In this document: positions 58,556-64,000 of the stretch, piece by piece
How the letters are laid out: the number at the start of each line of letters is the position of its first letter
Position numbering within the stretch: position 1 is the first letter of the stretch
Assembly: GCA_019057865.1 (NCBI GenBank)
Contig: JAHLWP010000009.1
Coordinates: 68,046-132,045, forward strand
Direction: 5' to 3'
DNA length: 64,000 nt
Source of the DNA: Promethearchaeota archaeon
GTDB lineage: Archaea > Asgardarchaeota > Lokiarchaeia > Sigyniarchaeales > SOKP01
The notes under the pieces: model-generated
Database searches by the model: none
What the model was told of the DNA's origin: nothing
What the model saw: only the letters and a program-made list of their open reading frames with translations
Program-made: the position numbers and the translations under genes

Positions 58556-60496
58556 TTATTTAGAAATAGGAATTAAAAGATGACTTGGAAATTCTCGATT
58601 ATGAAAGATTTTTTGCTCAGCAATTATATACTCACCCGGTTTACCCGATCCTCCTAGATTTGAATTTATATCAAATCTAGGAAAATTACTGGAAGTTATT
58701 TCAATCCTGATTTGATGTCCTTTTCTAAAATAGTTAGAAGTATTGCCTAATTCTATTTCATATTTATATATTATTCCAGATTCGATAAGTAGCGGATTAT
58801 CTTCTCCATTTCTATAACGAGCCCGAATTCCAGCATCCAAAATATTATAAGCCTTTCCACTGGGAAAAACATCAACCAATTTTACCATATAATCAGTATC
58901 TATCGCTGAAGATGATGCATAAAGCATCATTTTAACAGGGCCTGTAATTTCTATTCCCTTTTCTAATGGTTCTGTAGAGTATACCAGCACATCTTCTCGC
59001 TTTTCTGCATCTTTTTGATCCTGAGCACCCTTCAAAATTCCTAGATTTCTTCCACCTTTAGTAATAACCGGATTCATGGGATCAAATACATATTTGTCTT
59101 CAGGTTCCTCAGATTGTTCATCAAAACTAAGAGTTCTATCTCCCTTAACACTATTAGCATTACCATTAGAATGAATATAAAGTCTTTGATATTTTAGATT
59201 CTTTGGAGGCCAATCATCCGTATATCTCCAACAGTTTTTTCCCATGATCCAATATTTAATTGAAGGTTTATCAATCTCAGGAAAGGCATTCTTATCATCC
59301 ATTAGCCAATAACGATTCCAATCAATGTTTAAAAAGTCTCTAAAAAATCGTGGCATCCCAGAATTTCGAAGTTTGCTCTCAGGATGTCCACTAGCTCCGT
59401 GTGCCCATGAACCTATTAACATTTTTGAATGTTTTTTTGCTTCCCCTATAGCATTAGCTTTAATTTCTAGAAAATCTTCCAATTGCTTTTCAAAAAACAT
59501 ATCTTGCCAGCCAGCTAACATTAATGCAGGTTGTGAGAATTTTTTCGTATTCATTTCTAAGAGTCCAGACATTTTTTTACTATCCTTGTCCAAACCACTA
59601 GTAATTAAGAAATCATTCAGGAATTTAAAGTATATCTCAAAATTTCGTTTAGAAGAATCAAAATTTTCAACATTATAATAAGCGACTAAGAGATCTTGAA
59701 CTTCTTTAATGGATTTTCCTTTTAATTGAGAAAGTTTAATACGAGTTTGCTTTTTAATGGGATCATTGAATAACGCATACCTGGGATTTAAATATCTTTC
59801 CTGCATTAAATTTGTTAAAGTATCCACATCAGGAATTTCACGATGAGCTACTACATTAACCATTATTCTATAAATTGAAGTTGTTAGGGAATGAATCTCG
59901 AGACCTCCATTATTTCTCCATAAATTTAAAGATGAGGTGATAGCAGGGGAAATACAAGTTAAATACTCATTATCCCAAGACAACGCAAGTTGTGTTATTC
60001 CAAAATAACTTGCTCCAGCCATTCCAATCTTTCCATTATACCAATATTGTTTAGTAATCCATTCAAGCGTTTCTAATCCATCTTCTCTTTCTGTAAATAA
60101 ATAGTAATTGAACCCATCAGAATGACCTGTCCCACGTATATCCTGTATAATCGCTACAAACCCATAAGCAGCATATGCGTATCCTAACATGCTGAAACTA
60201 TCTTTCCAATAAGGTAATCGCACTAAGATTGTAGCACATTTCCCCTTTTTTTTAAAAATCTTCTTTGGCACGTATATATCAGTAGCTAATCTTGTTCCAT
60301 CCTTCAATTTTACCATACATTCAGGGTATCTTCTAACACCATTTTTGGGAAAACCAATACCCAGAATCATTCCTGCAATCTTTACAAAAGGTATAGATCT
60401 CATAAAGATCGAAATGATTCTTCGTAGGAATTTTGGAAATCTTGGTCTTACTACTAATTTTAAGTATGAGAAATCAGTAACATATTTTTTTTTCAT
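58556..60496 (-). CDS. CocE/NonD family hydrolase
   Basis: DGTRLATDIY, QDIRGTG.SDG, GASY, GSWAH, SSNFPRF. Confidence 0.93.
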   Translation of the reverse strand: MKKKYVTDFSYLKLVVRPRFPKFLRRIISIFMRSIPFVKIAGMILGIGFPKNGVRRYPECMVKLKDGTRLATDIYVPKKIFKKKGKCATILVRLPYWKDSFSMLGYAYAAYGFVAIIQDIRGTGHSDGFNYYLFTEREDGLETLEWITKQYWYNGKIGMAGASYFGITQLALSWDNEYLTCISPAITSSLNLWRNNGGLEIHSLTTSIYRIMVNVVAHREIPDVDTLTNLMQERYLNPRYALFNDPIKKQTRIKLSQLKGKSIKEVQDLLVAYYNVENFDSSKRNFEIYFKFLNDFLITSGLDKDSKKMSGLLEMNTKKFSQPALMLAGWQDMFFEKQLEDFLEIKANAIGEAKKHSKMLIGSWAHGASGHPESKLRNSGMPRFFRDFLNIDWNRYWLMDDKNAFPEIDKPSIKYWIMGKNCWRYTDDWPPKNLKYQRLYIHSNGNANSVKGDRTLSFDEQSEEPEDKYVFDPMNPVITKGGRNLGILKGAQDQKDAEKREDVLVYSTEPLEKGIEITGPVKMMLYASSSAIDTDYMVKLVDVFPSGKAYNILDAGIRARYRNGEDNPLLIESGIIYKYEIELGNTSNYFRKGHQIRIEITSSNFPRFDINSNLGGSGKPGEYIIAEQKIFHNREFPSHLLIPISK

Positions 60497-60543
60497 TAGT
60501 TTGAAAAAAATACAATACCTTAAAAAGTTTCAAATTTATAAAA

Positions 60544-60651
60544 TGGCAGGCCCGGGGGGATTTGTTCGGAATTCGTCCAAGGCGAATCTCATTGAACCCC
60601 CGATCTTCAGCTTAGGAGGCTGCCGCCTTATCCAGACTGGGCCACGGGCCT
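60544..60651 (-). tRNA. tRNA-Arg(CCT) with encoded CCA and a 30-nt T-loop intron (60562-60591, position 58/59)
   Basis: Acceptor AGGCCCG/CGGGCCT plus GCCA; anticodon loop CTCCTAA; T-arm GGGGG-TTCAA|AT-CCCCC after removing a BHB-bounded intron. Confidence 0.93.
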
Positions 60652-60733
60652 AAAAAATGCGGTACTCTATTATCTAATAAAAGTATTATTGAATAAAAAC
60701 TTAAACGATTAATATTTTAAATTTAGAATGAAA

Positions 60734-60886
60734 TTATAAATTTAGAATACTTCGATAATAAGCCGTACCACAAGAGGGACAAAAACATTTTCCTTCGATT
60801 ATAATTGCTTTTTCAATTGGTACTTCTGCTTGACAATTCATTACACAACATGTTACTATTTTTATCTTATTATTATCTTCATTCAA
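60734..60886 (-). CDS. 50-aa zinc-finger micro-protein (below the ORF-track cutoff)
   Basis: TTG start: MNEDNNKIKIVTCCVMNCQAEVPIEKAIIIEGKCFCPSCGTAYYRSILNL*. Confidence 0.7.
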   Translation of the reverse strand: MNEDNNKIKIVTCCVMNCQAEVPIEKAIIIEGKCFCPSCGTAYYRSILNL

Positions 60887-61021
60887 TATTATCAGATATT
60901 TTTTGAGTACATTTTAATGTATAAGAACATAAAAATAATCAAAAGGTTTTAATTAGGTTTAATTTAATTGTAATTATAAATAGTTTTTTCATTAATAATT
61001 GTTTTTTCGAGTTTTTAAAAG

Positions 61022-61291
61022 ATGGAAAGAAGACCTAATAGACCAATCGATTATTTAAAAGATTCTATAAATCAAATAATTCTAATAAAAGTCAAGCGCA
61101 ACCGTTTATTTCGTGGGACCTTATCCGGCTTCGATGAACACCTTAATCTTTACCTTGAAGGAACCAGCCAAATTTTCGAGTATCAAGATGAGGAAGGTAA
61201 CATTAGGGAGGAGCATGAAAACTTAGGATCCATTGTTGTACGCGGAGATAATGTGATATTTGTGAATTTAGCTAATGTAGAAGGTAAATAA
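61022..61291 (+). CDS. Sm-like archaeal protein (LSm/SmAP)
   Basis: GTLSGFDEHLNLYL, IVVRGDNV. Confidence 0.95.
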   Translation: MERRPNRPIDYLKDSINQIILIKVKRNRLFRGTLSGFDEHLNLYLEGTSQIFEYQDEEGNIREEHENLGSIVVRGDNVIFVNLANVEGK

Positions 61292-61462
61292 ATAAGAGTT
61301 CCTTCGATTATTAATTGTTAGTTGTTTACAGTTCCTTCTCATTATAAGTTTAAATGAAACTTTCTGGAAATATTATAATAAATAACTATATTAGAGTTAA
61401 TTATTATTTATTAGGACATATTTAATAATTTAAATAAAATTTATACCCAAAATTTGTAGAAG

Positions 61463-63490
61463 TTGATTACTCAAAAATCTTTAGAAACACCAAAATCATT
61501 AATCGTTAATCCAAATTTGGGGCACCCAACTTTTTTAAGCGTTGATCCTAAATTAAAAACGAAAATTCTCCAAACTGAGTTATTATTTATAAGTAATATA
61601 GTAGATAAACAAGAATTTAAGAAGTTCATTGGAGACGACCTACAATTAGTCCCAATATTTGATTATAAATGGAAATTAAGAAAGGTTTTCAAGAAGAAAA
61701 AGAAAAAGAAAAGAATGAAGTTTTTTGCTAAAAAATATACATTGGATGAAAGTGTACAAGATTTTAAGTCCGACGATGTCGATTATAAATTAAAGAAATT
61801 AAAGATTAAAGCCTATAGAGGAAATTCAATTTATCCAAAGATTATAGATGCAAAAATAGTATCTACAATATCAATTAATAATATTTCTTATTTAGAAAGT
61901 TTTAGTCCTCAGGATTATTTAATAAAGTATCAAGTTTTTTCAAACTTGGAAAAATTCTATAGAGTGCGAATAGAATTTAAACTTAGCAAGGAAATTAGGA
62001 AATTTTTAAAGGAAAGGAATTTCGTTATGTTTGATTTGATTTTTTCAAAAAATCGAATAAATTATCACGCAATTGTCGTATCTAAGCAAGATTGGAAGAA
62101 TTTCACTTTTGTCCATGCAACAGATTTGCATTTAGCAGAAAGAAACGATCGAATCTATGAAATCATTAAAAAATGGACTGAATCATCTATTAAAACAAAT
62201 GTAGAGGATTTTTTAAAGCAAGCAATGAAAAAACTAAAGATCAAAAAGATAAAACAAAAGGAAGAATCATTATCAGAAATTAAAATCCCATTAAGAAAGC
62301 GCTTAATTAATTCAAATAATCAATTTAGAAAATTTATTAAATTGATGAATAGAAAGGTCCTTAACAATGAATTAGACTTTATTGTACTTACTGGAGATCT
62401 TGTAGATTATACAATTTTAAGCAGATTATCAAAAAAAATTAGAGATCTTAATGAGTTTAAATATGAAGAAAGTAATTGGCAGATCTTCAAAAATATAATA
62501 TTAAATGTGGCACCTAAAAAAAATCAAAAAGGAGTAAAAAAAAGTGAAGAATTACTTTGCCCTATCATTACTACTGTAGGTAATCATGATTATCGACCCT
62601 ATCATTATGATTTAACATGGGCAGATATGTATAAAAAAATAGGGTTAAATGCTGCAGAGGCTATTGCTTTAAATGAAATGTTCTCAGCATCCCCAATATC
62701 AGCATTAACAAAATCTCCTTTTGCTTTAAAGGGGTACTATTCAGAAATTAATCCATTTAATGATTTTTATTTTATGCTTGGGAATAATATATTTATTTTT
62801 TTAAATAGTGGAGCAGATTCATTCAAAAATGTAAGAGATTTAATAACTGGTCATCCATCAGTAACAGGTCTCTCTAGTAAGCAAATAAAATATTTAGAGA
62901 ACCTCATTAATCACAAGTTAAAGGGAAGTTCTAATAATTTCCTCTTTTTACATGGTCCGCCAATAAATACAGGAACGAAGCATTATAGTTTAAAATTATT
63001 TGGAAAAAAAGGTAGTAAAGTTCTCAAAATGAAGCTTGATGATTTTAAGGAATCTTTACTCAAAAAATTAGGAAAACCCCTCTCAAAAGCAAGAATTGAT
63101 AAATCATTTAATGTAAAATATGGATGTATCTCATCAAATTGGGAGAAACTCATTAAATTTTGTAAGGATTATTGTATAATGACTTTTTCAGGTCATACAC
63201 ATACGTTGCGAGAATTCCGATTAGAAGAACCCAAGGAAAAAACCCACGTATATGACGCACCCCCTTTTTCGTTAAGAAAAATTGAAAATCCAGCTGCGAT
63301 TTTTTATGATAATTATTCAGAAATGCATACAACATCAGAAATGATTGAAAAAAATAAACCGTATATCGTTCAAACTCCTGCTTTAGGATTAGGCGGATAT
63401 AAGAATCCTGAAACTGCAGGTGCATTTAGAGAGATTATTATTAAAAATAGTAAATTAAGCTCATTTAGAGTAAAATATATTAATCGTTAG
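61463..63490 (+). CDS. Large metallophosphoesterase (calcineurin-like)
   Basis: TDLH, TGDLVD, GNHD, LHGP, GHTH. Confidence 0.88.
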   Translation: MITQKSLETPKSLIVNPNLGHPTFLSVDPKLKTKILQTELLFISNIVDKQEFKKFIGDDLQLVPIFDYKWKLRKVFKKKKKKKRMKFFAKKYTLDESVQDFKSDDVDYKLKKLKIKAYRGNSIYPKIIDAKIVSTISINNISYLESFSPQDYLIKYQVFSNLEKFYRVRIEFKLSKEIRKFLKERNFVMFDLIFSKNRINYHAIVVSKQDWKNFTFVHATDLHLAERNDRIYEIIKKWTESSIKTNVEDFLKQAMKKLKIKKIKQKEESLSEIKIPLRKRLINSNNQFRKFIKLMNRKVLNNELDFIVLTGDLVDYTILSRLSKKIRDLNEFKYEESNWQIFKNIILNVAPKKNQKGVKKSEELLCPIITTVGNHDYRPYHYDLTWADMYKKIGLNAAEAIALNEMFSASPISALTKSPFALKGYYSEINPFNDFYFMLGNNIFIFLNSGADSFKNVRDLITGHPSVTGLSSKQIKYLENLINHKLKGSSNNFLFLHGPPINTGTKHYSLKLFGKKGSKVLKMKLDDFKESLLKKLGKPLSKARIDKSFNVKYGCISSNWEKLIKFCKDYCIMTFSGHTHTLREFRLEEPKEKTHVYDAPPFSLRKIENPAAIFYDNYSEMHTTSEMIEKNKPYIVQTPALGLGGYKNPETAGAFREIIIKNSKLSSFRVKYINR

Positions 63491-63915
63491 ATTATTTCTG
63501 GTAGAATCGCATTATTAGGACAATTTTTAAAGCAATTTAAACACTTATTGCATTCTGAAAAGTTATTTCTTCGGAAATAAATAAATTCTTTTCCATTTTT
63601 ATCTTTTTGGAGTTCAAAAAGATTTTGAAAACAAAAATCATTATTTAAACAAAACTTACAAAGCGTATATTTTTCTGAATCAATAAAGAATCCTTTTAGA
63701 CGACCTTCCTCAATGGAAATAACTTCGATAGCTCCATGTTCGCAAACATCCACGCACTTTAAACACCCCTTACATTTATCATAATCCACATAACGCATTG
63801 AATCCTTAAAAAAAATTGCCTTTTGGGGGCAGCTATACATACAACGTTCACATCTCACACATAAATTAGAATTGATACTAATTGGAAATAATTTTTCATT
63901 TTTCGTATCATTCAC
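63487..63915 (-). CDS. Polyferredoxin-like 4Fe-4S protein
   Basis: CVRCERC..CP, CKGCLKC..C, YTLCKFC (first Cys replaced by Tyr), CNKCLNC..CP. Confidence 0.88.
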   Translation of the reverse strand: MNDTKNEKLFPISINSNLCVRCERCMYSCPQKAIFFKDSMRYVDYDKCKGCLKCVDVCEHGAIEVISIEEGRLKGFFIDSEKYTLCKFCLNNDFCFQNLFELQKDKNGKEFIYFRRNNFSECNKCLNCFKNCPNNAILPEII

Positions 63916-64000
63916 CTGCTAATATTGTTTGTAATTATCATTTACTAGATTATATCCAAGTTCAAATGATTCTAAATTCTTTTAGTTTATATAAAGGCTA

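Noticed and set aside
60345-60653. 102-aa plus-strand ORF
   Set aside because: Antisense to the tRNA and the CocE start.
1353-63425. Shadow ORFs in the track (e.g. 1353, 2416, 5872, 7600, 11774, 12719, 13595, 16145, 18453, 33141, 41560, 44963, 59325, 63153)
   Set aside because: They lie antisense or out of frame within well-supported genes and have no motifs.
1-64000. CRISPR arrays, rRNA, integrase/transposase, provirus at the tRNA
   Set aside because: No regularly spaced repeats, long GC-rich RNA tracts, recombinase or DDE motifs, or duplicated tRNA 3' end were seen.

Overview
AT-rich archaeal chromosomal window, most likely from Lokiarchaeia (Asgard). Supporting features are a Loki-CTERM-type sorting tail, roadblock, longin and Rab-like GTPase proteins, a RING-H2 protein, an archaeal histone, an Sm protein and a BHB-intron tRNA. 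Contents in order: a sulfur-relay/cysteine cluster (MoeB/E1, TusA, ThiI-like PP-loop ATPase, Lrp, CysK, SAMP/MoaD); LDH; a fatty-acid/aldehyde catabolic block (OYE, two SDRs, acyl-CoA ligase, AOR); a metal-transport block (FTR1, GDT1, CDF); a duplicated membrane-protein/amidohydrolase array; an S8 protease with an internal stop; thiC and thiDN; a eukaryotic-signature block (RING-TPR, roadblock-Rab-pseudoGTPase, histone, three GNATs); a PAS histidine kinase; an AOR-Ubl-Ubl operon; and tRNA-Arg(CCT). No CRISPR array, rRNA or recognisable transposase was seen. The most notable observations are: (1) an unannotated, disrupted zinc-ribbon micro-ORF directly upstream of cysK that ends in the CysE-type CysK-docking tail GDGI; (2) several genes whose N-terminus or Shine-Dalgarno spacing points to near-cognate starts (ATA/ATT/ACG); (3) a tRNA intron at the non-canonical 58/59 position; (4) a candidate structured ncRNA next to the histone gene. 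All family calls come from motif recognition by eye, without database searches.
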